Origin: an uncultured Bacilli bacterium
Lineage (GTDB): Bacteria; Bacillota_I; Bacilli_A; RF39; UBA660
Length of the DNA: 64,000 nucleotides
Reading direction: 5' to 3'
Assembly: GCA_947630575.1 (NCBI GenBank)
Contig: CANRIB010000003.1
Span: 15,670-79,669 of the forward strand
A program made the position numbers and the translations under genes. The notes beneath the pieces were generated by a model, which saw nothing but the letters and a program-made list of their open reading frames with translations, had not been told where the DNA came from and did not search any database. Position 1 is the first letter of the stretch, and each line of letters opens with the position of its first letter. Shown one piece after another: positions 47,378-56,233 of this stretch.

Positions 47378-49231
47378 ATGCAAAAAAAAATAAAAAATTT
47401 ATTTATTATTGAAGGAATAGTACTATTAATAATCCTATCTATTGGTATTGGGTATGCTTTTTTATCAACAAGCGATAAACAAGAATTAGCAAATACTTTT
47501 ACAAGTGGATGTTTAAATATAACTATTGAAAATGAATCTTCTTCAATTAATTTAAATAACCAAATACCAATCACAGACATAGAAGGATTAGAAAAAGACA
47601 ATTATAGTTTTAAAATTCATAATACCTGTAAAAATAGTACTAATTATCAAATAAATTTAGAAAGCTTAAATAAAACTGAAAATACTTTAGACATCAAATA
47701 TGTAAAGGTATCAATTTCTAGCAATACCATGGATAACATTATAACTAAATTAAGTGATAATGATAAAGCAGAAAATTTAATTGTAAAATCTTACGATTCA
47801 AGAACTTTGTATTCAGGAATATTAGAAGGCGAAGCAACTAAAGAATTCACTTTAAAAGAATGGATAGATTATGATACAACTGTAGAACAAGGAGCAAGCA
47901 AAACTTATCAATCTCAAATAAATGTAATTGCAGGAACAAACTTTAATGTGTCTAACACACCAGAAATTCAATATACATTTAAAGATGGTTTATATATAGG
48001 AAAAATTACAGGAGATGCAACAACAGGCAAATACTGCATAACTACTGCCAATAAATGTGAACCATCGACAAATTTAGACATAGAAGAAAAAACTGCTAAA
48101 ATAGAAATAGGAAATATAAAAGAAAAAAATATGGTATGCACTTCACTTGGCGATAAAAGAACATATTGTAGTAACCCAAATACAAAAGGAATAGTTATTT
48201 TGGCTACATTAAATGGAGAACCATCAAAAGTTTTTTATGAAAAAGAAAGTGGATATACACCAATAAATATAGAGTGTACTAATGGAGTAAAAGCTTCATT
48301 TGACTACAATAAATGGAGTATAAAAATAGATGCTATACAAGATTCTACAACTTGTACAGTAGATTTTAAAGAAAATATAAATCAAAATTTTAATACATAT
48401 CTTAAAAGTAAACAATGCACTGCAGAAGAAATAAAAACAGATGAAGGAGCAAAAGATTGCTTGGTAAATGAAAATGGATACAGATATGAAGGAAGTGACC
48501 CAAATAATTATGTAATGTTTAATAATGAATTATGGCGTGTAATAGGTGTATTTAATACTACATTAAGTAATGGTTCAACAAAACAAGATTTAGTAAAATT
48601 AATAAGAAATACTCCTATAGGAGCGTTAGCATGGGATGGCAATAGCAAAAATGTATGGAACAATTCAACATTAAAAAAACAATTAAATAGTGGATATTTA
48701 AATAGCCAAGACACAACATGTAATGGATATTCAACAAATATAATGAGAAATTGCAAATTTAGTGCTATAGGAATAAAGGAAGAAGCAAAAGAAAAAATAG
48801 AAGATGTAACATGGAATTTAAGAGGGCCAAGCAATAATAACATAACAATAAATGATATATATAATAGTGAATTAACAGGTGGCATAGCTAAAGATGGAGA
48901 TGCAACCGGAACAGGTAAAATAGGATTAATTTACGCTAGTGATTATGCGTATGCAGCACTTGCAAATAATTGTTCAAGAACAACTTACATAAAATCTTAT
49001 ACAACACAAACATGTAGTGGAAATAATTGGATTTATAATGGTGATGATTTATTTACTATTACGGCTGAAGCAAATCAAAGCGTAAGTGTAATTGTTATTT
49101 TGCCTCCTGGTAGTATAAGCCCTAATTATACCATGCGTACTTTTGGTGTTATTCCATCTGTATATTTAAAATCAAATATACAAGTTAAAGGTGGAATTGG
49201 TACAATAGAAAATCCATATACATTAAATTAA
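47378..49231 (+). CDS. exported protein, paralog family member B1 (TasA/camelysin-like signal region + DUF6273-like C-terminal domain)
   Basis: The N-terminus MQKKIKNLFIIEGIVLLIILSIGIGYAFLSTSDKQELANTFTSGCLNI resembles SipW-dependent signal peptides. The C-terminal half is homologous to 49248..50378 (YRYEGSDPNNYVMFNNELWRVIGVFN, IPSVYLKSN). Confidence 0.7.
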   Translation: MQKKIKNLFIIEGIVLLIILSIGIGYAFLSTSDKQELANTFTSGCLNITIENESSSINLNNQIPITDIEGLEKDNYSFKIHNTCKNSTNYQINLESLNKTENTLDIKYVKVSISSNTMDNIITKLSDNDKAENLIVKSYDSRTLYSGILEGEATKEFTLKEWIDYDTTVEQGASKTYQSQINVIAGTNFNVSNTPEIQYTFKDGLYIGKITGDATTGKYCITTANKCEPSTNLDIEEKTAKIEIGNIKEKNMVCTSLGDKRTYCSNPNTKGIVILATLNGEPSKVFYEKESGYTPINIECTNGVKASFDYNKWSIKIDAIQDSTTCTVDFKENINQNFNTYLKSKQCTAEEIKTDEGAKDCLVNENGYRYEGSDPNNYVMFNNELWRVIGVFNTTLSNGSTKQDLVKLIRNTPIGALAWDGNSKNVWNNSTLKKQLNSGYLNSQDTTCNGYSTNIMRNCKFSAIGIKEEAKEKIEDVTWNLRGPSNNNITINDIYNSELTGGIAKDGDATGTGKIGLIYASDYAYAALANNCSRTTYIKSYTTQTCSGNNWIYNGDDLFTITAEANQSVSVIVILPPGSISPNYTMRTFGVIPSVYLKSNIQVKGGIGTIENPYTLN

Positions 49232-49247
49232 AGAAAGAAGGAAAATT

Positions 49248-50378
49248 ATGAAAAAAAAAATAATAGTATTTTTATTAATAGCAATAGTATTATTTATTAA
49301 TAATAAAGAACAATTTAATAATAATAGTAATAAATATCAAATAAAGACTTATATAGATGGAAAGTTAGCAATGGAATTACCAAAAAGTAGTGATGGAGTT
49401 AAATTTAAAAAAGCATTGTGTACTAATGGAACTGCAACTTTTGATAGTTCAAGCTGGAGATTAGAAGTAAAAGACTTAACAAAAGATGCAATCTGTACAA
49501 TAGAATTTGAGAATAGTACAGAAAAAAATTTTAACGAATTTTTAAAAGGTAAACAGTGCACTGCAGAAGAAATAAAAACAGATGAAGGAGCAAAAGATTG
49601 CTTGGTAAATGAAAATGGATATAGATATGAAGGAAGCGACCCAAATAATTATGTAATGTTTAATAATGAATTATGGCGTGTAATAGGTGTATTTAATACT
49701 ACATTAAGTGATGGTTTAACAAAACAAGATTTAGTAAAATTGATAAGATATGAACCAATAAGTGGCTTAGCATGGAATGCGAATATGAAAAATACGTGGA
49801 ATGATTCTCCATTAAAAAGTAAATTAAATAATGAATATTTAAATAGTCAAGATAGCCTATGTAATATAGGAAAAGAAATTACAAGAAATTGTAAATTTAG
49901 TGCTATAGGAATAAAACAAGGTGCAAAGGAAAAAATAGAAAATGTAACATGGAATTTAAAAGGATATAATAAGTATACATGTGATATTACTGTAGATGTA
50001 ATGTACAATAATGAAAGACTTCTAAATGGTCTAATACCAGAAGGAGGATCAGCAACTGGAACTGGAAAAGTAGGATTGATGTACGCTAGCGATTATGGAT
50101 ATGCAGTGTTGGCAAACAGCTGTAATAGAACAATTAATCTAAATTCTTACAGTAAACAAGAATGTGGAGGAAATAATTGGTTATATAAAGATGGTAATAC
50201 ATATACTCTTGCTCCGTTAGCTGGTTCGTCAAATGTTACGGGTATTGGTTTTGATGGTAGTCTTGCTCAAACATCTTCACATGTTTCATTTGATATTTTA
50301 CCAACAATATATTTAAAATCTAATGTTAAATATATGAGCGGTACTGGAACTTACTTTAATCCATTTATAATTAACTAA
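49248..50378 (+). CDS. exported protein, paralog family member B2
   Basis: N-terminal TM or signal (KKIIVFLLIAIVLFI). It shares near-identical stretches with B1 at both protein and DNA level. GAAGGAA RBS is present. Confidence 0.7.
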   Translation: MKKKIIVFLLIAIVLFINNKEQFNNNSNKYQIKTYIDGKLAMELPKSSDGVKFKKALCTNGTATFDSSSWRLEVKDLTKDAICTIEFENSTEKNFNEFLKGKQCTAEEIKTDEGAKDCLVNENGYRYEGSDPNNYVMFNNELWRVIGVFNTTLSDGLTKQDLVKLIRYEPISGLAWNANMKNTWNDSPLKSKLNNEYLNSQDSLCNIGKEITRNCKFSAIGIKQGAKEKIENVTWNLKGYNKYTCDITVDVMYNNERLLNGLIPEGGSATGTGKVGLMYASDYGYAVLANSCNRTINLNSYSKQECGGNNWLYKDGNTYTLAPLAGSSNVTGIGFDGSLAQTSSHVSFDILPTIYLKSNVKYMSGTGTYFNPFIIN

Positions 50379-50441
50379 GTAATTACTAAATTTATATTTA
50401 TTTTAAGTAAGAATAGATAACATAGTTATTCTATTTTTTGA

Positions 50442-51680
50442 AAAGTTGTGTTAAACTTTATGACTGATTAATGTATTCAGCATAAGCAACATTTAAATCA
50501 ATAGGCATTTTAATTGAAAAAATATCTTTAGTTTTTATATAATTATTGTCTATTATAATTCTTGAATAAGATTCAGTTTTTATTTTATTTAACATGAATC
50601 TTTTTTTCATAGTAAAAATATAAACAAACCAATCTAAATATTCTTGTAAGTGTCTAGTTGATACACCTCTAAATTTCCTGAACCAAGTTTCCAGTTGAGA
50701 GTGAACTCCATTTATTTCTGATATATTATAAATATCATTTTTATGAAAACCAGATGGAATAGCATTTAATACTAAATTGTTGCTTTTACAAAATTCTTGA
50801 TAAGCACTCGCACTATCGGCCGTTATTGATTTGGCTTTGTTTATTTTCTGACCAAGCGATTGGTTTAGCATATCAGTTGTACATCTTCCTAAACCGACTA
50901 TCTTTAATAATAGATTATCTTCTTCGTCTATACTTGAAACTACACATATTTTATGATGACTTATGCCTCTGTAAGGTGAACTCGTTGATGTTCTTTTTTT
51001 AGAATATCTTGGCATGTTTTTTGTTTTTGTCCCTTTTAAATTAATTGAAAAATACTTTTCATCTGACTGTATTTCTCCAGATAAATTAATACTTTCTATA
51101 AAATGTTTTAAAGCATATAAAACTTTATGCCTTAATCTAAAAGATGTTAAAAGAGAAATATTATTTTCTTCAGCTATTCTTCTTAAACTAAAACTATTTA
51201 GTAAATTATCTATAACATTCCTCCATATTTCAAATGATAATTTACTATGACAAATTATTGTATCAGTTGTTTGTGAAGAAGTTACTCCATATCCACTACA
51301 AATATATTTTTGAATGCCACTTTTAGTTGTTCCATTTTTATATAATTTACAACCACATTTTTCACAGAACATTTCTTCTTGTTTAAAGTTAGATATGATT
51401 TTTGAATTTGAATTTTTTTTAGAACATAAATCAGATAAATTTTCTAATAAATAATTTTTAAATTCAATGATTGTTACTGGATCTAATTCTTTTAATAATT
51501 CCTCTATTTTCATACTACATAAAAATATCCTTAATCAGCTAGCTCCAATCAGTATAATATCGCCAAATAAAAACTGTAGATGAACTAGCTGATTAAGGAT
51601 ACTTCCTTTCTACAATTTTTATTTGGCACTTCTATTATACCACTTTTTTGTTTATCAGTCATAAAGTTTAACACAACTTT
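50442..51680 (-). mobile_element. IS1595-family insertion sequence (1239 bp) with perfect 27-bp terminal inverted repeats
   Basis: IRL 50442-50468 (aaagttgtgttaaactttatgactgat) is the exact reverse complement of IRR 51654-51680. The element encloses a single transposase ORF. Confidence 0.8.
50458..51513 (-). CDS. IS1595-family (ISXO2-like) transposase
   Basis: N-terminal zinc ribbon (CEKCGCKLYKNGTTKSGIQKYIC), a DDE-type core (SDEKYF..., ADSASAY) and the C-terminal block GVHSQLETWFRKFRGVSTRHLQEYLDWFVY. Confidence 0.8.
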   Translation of the reverse strand: MKIEELLKELDPVTIIEFKNYLLENLSDLCSKKNSNSKIISNFKQEEMFCEKCGCKLYKNGTTKSGIQKYICSGYGVTSSQTTDTIICHSKLSFEIWRNVIDNLLNSFSLRRIAEENNISLLTSFRLRHKVLYALKHFIESINLSGEIQSDEKYFSINLKGTKTKNMPRYSKKRTSTSSPYRGISHHKICVVSSIDEEDNLLLKIVGLGRCTTDMLNQSLGQKINKAKSITADSASAYQEFCKSNNLVLNAIPSGFHKNDIYNISEINGVHSQLETWFRKFRGVSTRHLQEYLDWFVYIFTMKKRFMLNKIKTESYSRIIIDNNYIKTKDIFSIKMPIDLNVAYAEYINQS

Positions 51681-51706
51681 GTATTAAAAAAACTTGTCTA
51701 AGCAAG

Positions 51707-52690
51707 TTAATTAACCATTTCCATATATATAGTTTTATCAAATTGATGTTCTTTACTAGTTATATTACTATCAGCAGTTTCTAACTCTTCTGTACTAATA
51801 AGCAAATATTTATGATATAAATAATCTTTATTGTCACTGCTAACTGGATCATCCCAAGTAAGATCTAAATGCACCCATACTTCTTTAAGCGAATCAGTTT
51901 TTTCTTTATCATCTTTATTTTTTTCTTGTTCTTTAATCTTTGCAGCATTCCAAACATGTCCCTCTGTTTTATCACCATTTTCATTAGTTGTAGCTATTTT
52001 AAAATTATCATACCCCATATAAGTTAAAAATATTGCCATTAAATCTGTATATCCATTGCATGTTGCTAAATGATTAAATAAAGCTCCATAAGCATTATAA
52101 GTCTTTAAATCTTTATTATCTTTTAAATCATATTTAGTATTATTAATAATATAATCATGTACAGCTTTAATCTTATCATAATCAGTTTTTAAATCTTTAG
52201 TAATAACAGTATTCATTAATTCTTTAACTTCTTTATCAACTGCCTTAATCTCATCTTCTGTATATAAATATTTAACTTTTAAATTAATTTCTCCTGAATC
52301 TGAAATAGTCGTATTAATACTTGTAAAAGAATTATATGGATGAACAAAATTATTTAAATGTGTAAGTAAATTAGCATCATTACTAAAAAGATTAACATCT
52401 TTAATACAGTTATTATATTCTTTAGGACAATAAAAAGTAAAATTATCTAATTTAGCATTAATGACTGTATAAATAATATTTAACAAATCTTGTTTACCAT
52501 AAGGAACAAAATCTTCTGTATTTGTAACAAAAGCATAATTACTATCTTTATAATATGGATTATCAATATTTATTTTGTTATAGCTAGGATGATTTAAAAT
52601 ACTAATAATTTTATCAGTAATAGTGTTAACATTTAATAATACCAACAAAATTAAAATAATACATCCCACTGGAATAATAATCTTTTTCAT
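51707..52690 (-). CDS. membrane-anchored transglutaminase-like cysteine protease-fold protein
   Basis: N-terminal TM. A Cys-His-Asp triad context is present (ATCNGYTDLMAIFL, EGHVWNAAKI, WVHLDLTWDD). Confidence 0.75.
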   Translation of the reverse strand: MKKIIIPVGCIILILLVLLNVNTITDKIISILNHPSYNKINIDNPYYKDSNYAFVTNTEDFVPYGKQDLLNIIYTVINAKLDNFTFYCPKEYNNCIKDVNLFSNDANLLTHLNNFVHPYNSFTSINTTISDSGEINLKVKYLYTEDEIKAVDKEVKELMNTVITKDLKTDYDKIKAVHDYIINNTKYDLKDNKDLKTYNAYGALFNHLATCNGYTDLMAIFLTYMGYDNFKIATTNENGDKTEGHVWNAAKIKEQEKNKDDKEKTDSLKEVWVHLDLTWDDPVSSDNKDYLYHKYLLISTEELETADSNITSKEHQFDKTIYMEMVN

Positions 52691-52741
52691 ATAACCACCA
52701 GTATAAGTATAACAAAAAAAAAAGAAGTGTACAATAATTTG

Positions 52742-53005
52742 TTACTTCATATTTTTGACTTTATTAGATAATCTCTTTTTTTGTCTATCAGCTGTATTGC
52801 TTTTTATTAAGCCTTTGCTTACAGCTTGGTCTAAATATTTTTGAACATCTTTATATAAAGTATTTGCTTTTTCTTTATCATCACTAAGAATAGCTTTTTC
52901 AGTTTCTTTAATTAAATTTTTAACTCTAGCTTTAAGTTCATGATTATTTTCAGTTTTCTTAGCAATTACTTTAATGGCTTTTTTAGAACTTTTAATATTT
53001 GCCAA
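52742..53005 (-). CDS. rpsT: 30S ribosomal protein S20
   Basis: (M)ANIKSSKKAIKV... is a typical S20 N-terminus. A TTG start at 53005 follows an AGGAAGGAG RBS. The longer ORF in the track is an upstream extension. Confidence 0.9.
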   Translation of the reverse strand: MANIKSSKKAIKVIAKKTENNHELKARVKNLIKETEKAILSDDKEKANTLYKDVQKYLDQAVSKGLIKSNTADRQKKRLSNKVKNMK

Positions 53006-53179
53006 TTCGGACACTCCTTCCTCAATATCAGTATCAATTCTATCAAAAAACCTTATCTTTTTCAAGCATTTTCGCACTAATTATTACTTTTCCTTATAAT
53101 TTTATGCAAATTTAAATAGAATAATTGACAAATAAATAAAATATGCTAAAATATAAAGGCTCTTAAAGGGGGAGTAAAT

Positions 53180-54736
53180 ATGGGTAGTGAGATAACAAAA
53201 TTATTAAAAACTCGTTTTAATGATGATAAATATAAAAAAATAAAACTTATTCTTAATTTCAAATATCAAGAGTATTTAAAGAACTATAAATTTCTAAATT
53301 TAGAAACTACAACTATTCAAAAATGGTTTTATTTAGCTATTAAACAAAATATTAATGAAGAAGATTTTATTAATAAAGTTGAAGCTACTCTTTATGAATA
53401 CTTTAATAATTATCTAAATAGTTTAATTGCTAATTTAGATACCGTATTTTTAAATAATATTTTAATTGAAATAAATACTTTAATTAATAATTCTAGTACA
53501 AAATTAAAATTATTTTATAACAAATTAGACGAACTAAATATAACTCTTACTGAAGAATATTTTAACAAACTAAAAAGAACATCAAAAGAATTTAATAAAA
53601 TAATTAATACTCTTAAAATAACTTCCTTTACTAATGAAGATATTAAATTATTAAATACAGGTAAATATGATTTATATCTAAAAATCAAAATAGAAGGCCA
53701 AACTTTTAAATGGACCATAACTACTTTTGATTATATAAATTCATTTTTAAATCCCCAGTATGACTTAAATTATAGAAATTTTAATCAATTAAAAAAAATC
53801 AAATTACTTTTAGAAAATTATGATACCATAACAAAAATAATTACTATATTATTAGAATATTATCCCGATAAAAATTATTTAAATCAAATTATTTTCAACT
53901 GTAATTATAATCAAATACTAAAATTATTAGAGGCTTATTCCGCAAATTCTTTAAATGCTTTAGCTATATTCCAAAATCTTATAGAAGTAAATGTAGAAGA
54001 AAAATCTAAATCCATTTATGATGAGTTTCCCATAAAAACAGATACCTCTACCAGAAAAATAATTGTTGATCATCTTTTAAGTGAACTATCACCAACAGAA
54101 AAAGAATTGTTATTCAATTATTTAAAAAATAAATGGAAATGTCCAACCGCAGAAACTAAAAAAGGAAGAGTAATATTTGATCATCTTCGCTTTCGTTATT
54201 ATCGTCAAAAGTTTACTCTTAACTATGATAATCATACTATAAATGAAAATGGCTATAAATATTTCTTTAAAAATAATAATGATCATATAAAAAAGTTTAT
54301 AATTGATGTTTTATGGGAATATCTAGAACCCTATGAACAAAATATTTTAAATTCTTATTTTACTAAAGAATTTTCTAGCTCTAAATTCTATAATCTTAAA
54401 GTTATTAATATCATACAAAAAATAGATGCACTTTATCAAAAAATATTAACTGATCAAATATTCCCTTATTATCTCGAAAAAATCATCTTTAATTTAAATA
54501 CTAGTATTAATATTATTATTAAATGTTGGTATAATCTGGGATTAGAAAAAAGAAATCTTCTTCGTCAAATGCTTATCTTAAAAGAACAGCAAGCTTTAAA
54601 TTCTGGTTTAAGTAAAAAAGAATTTTATTTAAATATGATAGATAAAGCTAAAAATATTTCTATACCAAGTAATTTTAATTTAGAAAAAATAATAACTTAT
54701 ATCATAACTAATGAAGATATATCTTTAACTATTTAA
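53180..54736 (+). CDS. hypothetical Asn/Ile/Leu-rich protein (518 aa)
   Basis: ORF with GGGGGAG RBS and no TM. Short helix-turn-helix-like segments recur (SPTEKELLFNYL, EPYEQNILNSYF, EKRNLLRQML). No family recognised. Confidence 0.5.
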   Translation: MGSEITKLLKTRFNDDKYKKIKLILNFKYQEYLKNYKFLNLETTTIQKWFYLAIKQNINEEDFINKVEATLYEYFNNYLNSLIANLDTVFLNNILIEINTLINNSSTKLKLFYNKLDELNITLTEEYFNKLKRTSKEFNKIINTLKITSFTNEDIKLLNTGKYDLYLKIKIEGQTFKWTITTFDYINSFLNPQYDLNYRNFNQLKKIKLLLENYDTITKIITILLEYYPDKNYLNQIIFNCNYNQILKLLEAYSANSLNALAIFQNLIEVNVEEKSKSIYDEFPIKTDTSTRKIIVDHLLSELSPTEKELLFNYLKNKWKCPTAETKKGRVIFDHLRFRYYRQKFTLNYDNHTINENGYKYFFKNNNDHIKKFIIDVLWEYLEPYEQNILNSYFTKEFSSSKFYNLKVINIIQKIDALYQKILTDQIFPYYLEKIIFNLNTSINIIIKCWYNLGLEKRNLLRQMLILKEQQALNSGLSKKEFYLNMIDKAKNISIPSNFNLEKIITYIITNEDISLTI

Positions 54737-54781
54737 GTATATCTTTTTTTTATTTGTACAAATTAATAAAAGGTGTTATAT

Positions 54782-55510
54782 ATGAAAAAAGTGTTTATTG
54801 ATTCTTCTAAAATAATTAAAGATAATTTACTTAAAATAGACGAAGTTAACCATCATGGTTATAGTATTACTCATTTTAAAGTAAACGAAACTAATGAAAA
54901 GCTCTTAAAAAGAATAAAAGGGGACTATTACACGATTAATTTTGACTATGTAAGTTTACAAAAAAAATCTAAACAAATAAAAAAAGAATTAATGAAAATA
55001 CTAAATAATCTTTTTAAAAATGAAAATCCTCCTAAACCCTTAATAATAGGCTTAGGTAATTCTAGTATTACCTGTGATAGTTTAGGTGTTAATGTCACGA
55101 ATAAAGTTATGGCCACCAATCATTTTAATGATTTTTTAAATATTCCTAAAGTGGCTTTATTTAATCCTGAAGTAACTGAAAAAACAGGTATAAGCTCTTT
55201 TAGTTTAATTGAAATGGTCGTAAAAAAATTAAAGCCCACCGTGATAGTTATGATAGATACTTTAGCAACAAATAATGAGAATAATCTAAATAATTGTATT
55301 GAAATAAATAATACCGGTATTATTCCGGGAAGTGCTATTAAAGAAAATAAAAAAATAGATGCTAAAACATTTAATATTCCTGTAATAGCAATCGGAGTAC
55401 CATTAGTATTAGAATTTAATAAAAATCTTTATACTACTCCCAATGTTGCAAATATAATCGAAATAACTAGTAATATTATTAGTAGTGCTCTAAACGATTT
55501 ATTCTTTTAA
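54782..55510 (+). CDS. gpr: germination protease GPR (short form)
   Basis: Collinear GPR blocks are present (LIIGLGNSSITCDSLG, VIVMIDTLAT, INNTGIIPGSAI, IPVIAIGVPLVL), including both catalytic-Asp contexts. It is 242 aa, compared with about 370 aa typically. Confidence 0.75.
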   Translation: MKKVFIDSSKIIKDNLLKIDEVNHHGYSITHFKVNETNEKLLKRIKGDYYTINFDYVSLQKKSKQIKKELMKILNNLFKNENPPKPLIIGLGNSSITCDSLGVNVTNKVMATNHFNDFLNIPKVALFNPEVTEKTGISSFSLIEMVVKKLKPTVIVMIDTLATNNENNLNNCIEINNTGIIPGSAIKENKKIDAKTFNIPVIAIGVPLVLEFNKNLYTTPNVANIIEITSNIISSALNDLFF

Positions 55511-55557
55511 ATCAAAAATACTTGCATTTTACCTATGTTTTAGTATATAATATGATT

Positions 55558-55646
55558 AGGACAAACAAAAAGAGGCACTTGTTGGTGTTCTCAGTCCAAT
55601 GTTTTTGGTTTTGAACACCTAACAAATTGTAGGTGTTCTATTTTTT
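55558..55646 (+). ncRNA. candidate antisense (antitoxin) sRNA of the second type I TA-like module
   Basis: Promoter is TTGCAT (55522-55527), 18 nt, then TATAAT (55546-55551). An intrinsic terminator gaacaccta/taggtgttc plus T-run lies at 55613-55646. The sRNA is convergent with the 19-aa ORF and lies in its 3' UTR. Confidence 0.35.
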
Positions 55647-55651
55647 ATTAG

Positions 55652-55711
55652 TTATTTTAATATTTTGGCAATAAGTACCAAAATCAAAATAAGTACAATC
55701 AAGTACTCCAT
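55652..55711 (-). CDS. candidate type I toxin, 19-aa hydrophobic peptide (MEYLIVLILILVLIAKILK)
   Basis: Too small for the ORF track. AAGGAGAAG RBS lies 2-3 nt upstream (tight spacing). The minus-strand promoter is TTGACC (55851-55846), 18 nt, then TATAAT (55827-55822). 5'/3' UTR complementarity is present. Confidence 0.4.
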   Translation of the reverse strand: MEYLIVLILILVLIAKILK

Positions 55712-55934
55712 ACTTCTCCTTAAAACTAAGTAGCTTCATGGACTTCACCTCACTTTCTATAATATTATTTCTAATAAAATAGGACTGAGGAATAAAACAC
55801 CAAACTTGTGCCTCTAATAAAATTATAAAATGCTAAATATATTTTGGTCAAATAAATTTTACATAAGTTTACATAAATATTTTTAAACATCTAACAAATA
55901 AGTGTAGATGTTTTTTTAGTTTACTAATTATTAT

Positions 55935-56150
55935 TTATTTTTGTGCTTCAATAATAATATTTAAATCAAATTCTTTAGCAATGTTAATTAATGTTTCAAA
56001 AGTATAATTAACAGTTCCATATTCATACTTCTCAATAGAACTTTTGCTAACATTAATTTTTTTAGCAAATTCTTCTTGAGTTAAATTTAAACTTTGTCTT
56101 ATAAATTTTAGAATATCATTAGCTTTATATTTTTTTGCATCTATTTTCAT
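55935..56150 (-). CDS. XRE-family HTH transcriptional regulator
   Basis: ILKFIRQSLNLTQEEFAKKINVSKSSIEKYEYG is a typical HTH. The start is moved to MKIDAKK, which has a GGGTGA RBS. The gene is divergent from the 56234 gene. Confidence 0.75.
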   Translation of the reverse strand: MKIDAKKYKANDILKFIRQSLNLTQEEFAKKINVSKSSIEKYEYGTVNYTFETLINIAKEFDLNIIIEAQK

Positions 56151-56161
56151 TAAATCACCCG

Positions 56162-56216
56162 TTGACATCGTAACATATTACGTATATAATATTAATGAAA
56201 GTCGTAATATATTACG
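56162..56216 (+). promoter_or_regulatory. promoter of family member A2 with two palindromic operator-like sites
   Basis: TTGACA (56162-56167), 17 nt, then TATAAT (56185-56190). cgtaaCATAttacg (56169-56182) fills the spacer, and the perfect palindrome cgtaatatattacg (56203-56216) lies just downstream. Confidence 0.5.
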
Positions 56217-56233
56217 AGTAAAGGAAGGGCAAA

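Noticed and set aside
50434-51688. Searched for an 8-bp target-site duplication flanking the IS1595-like element.
   Set aside because: The flanks (ttttttga and gtattaaa) do not match. Either the ends are offset by a few bases or the duplication has decayed, so no TSD is claimed.
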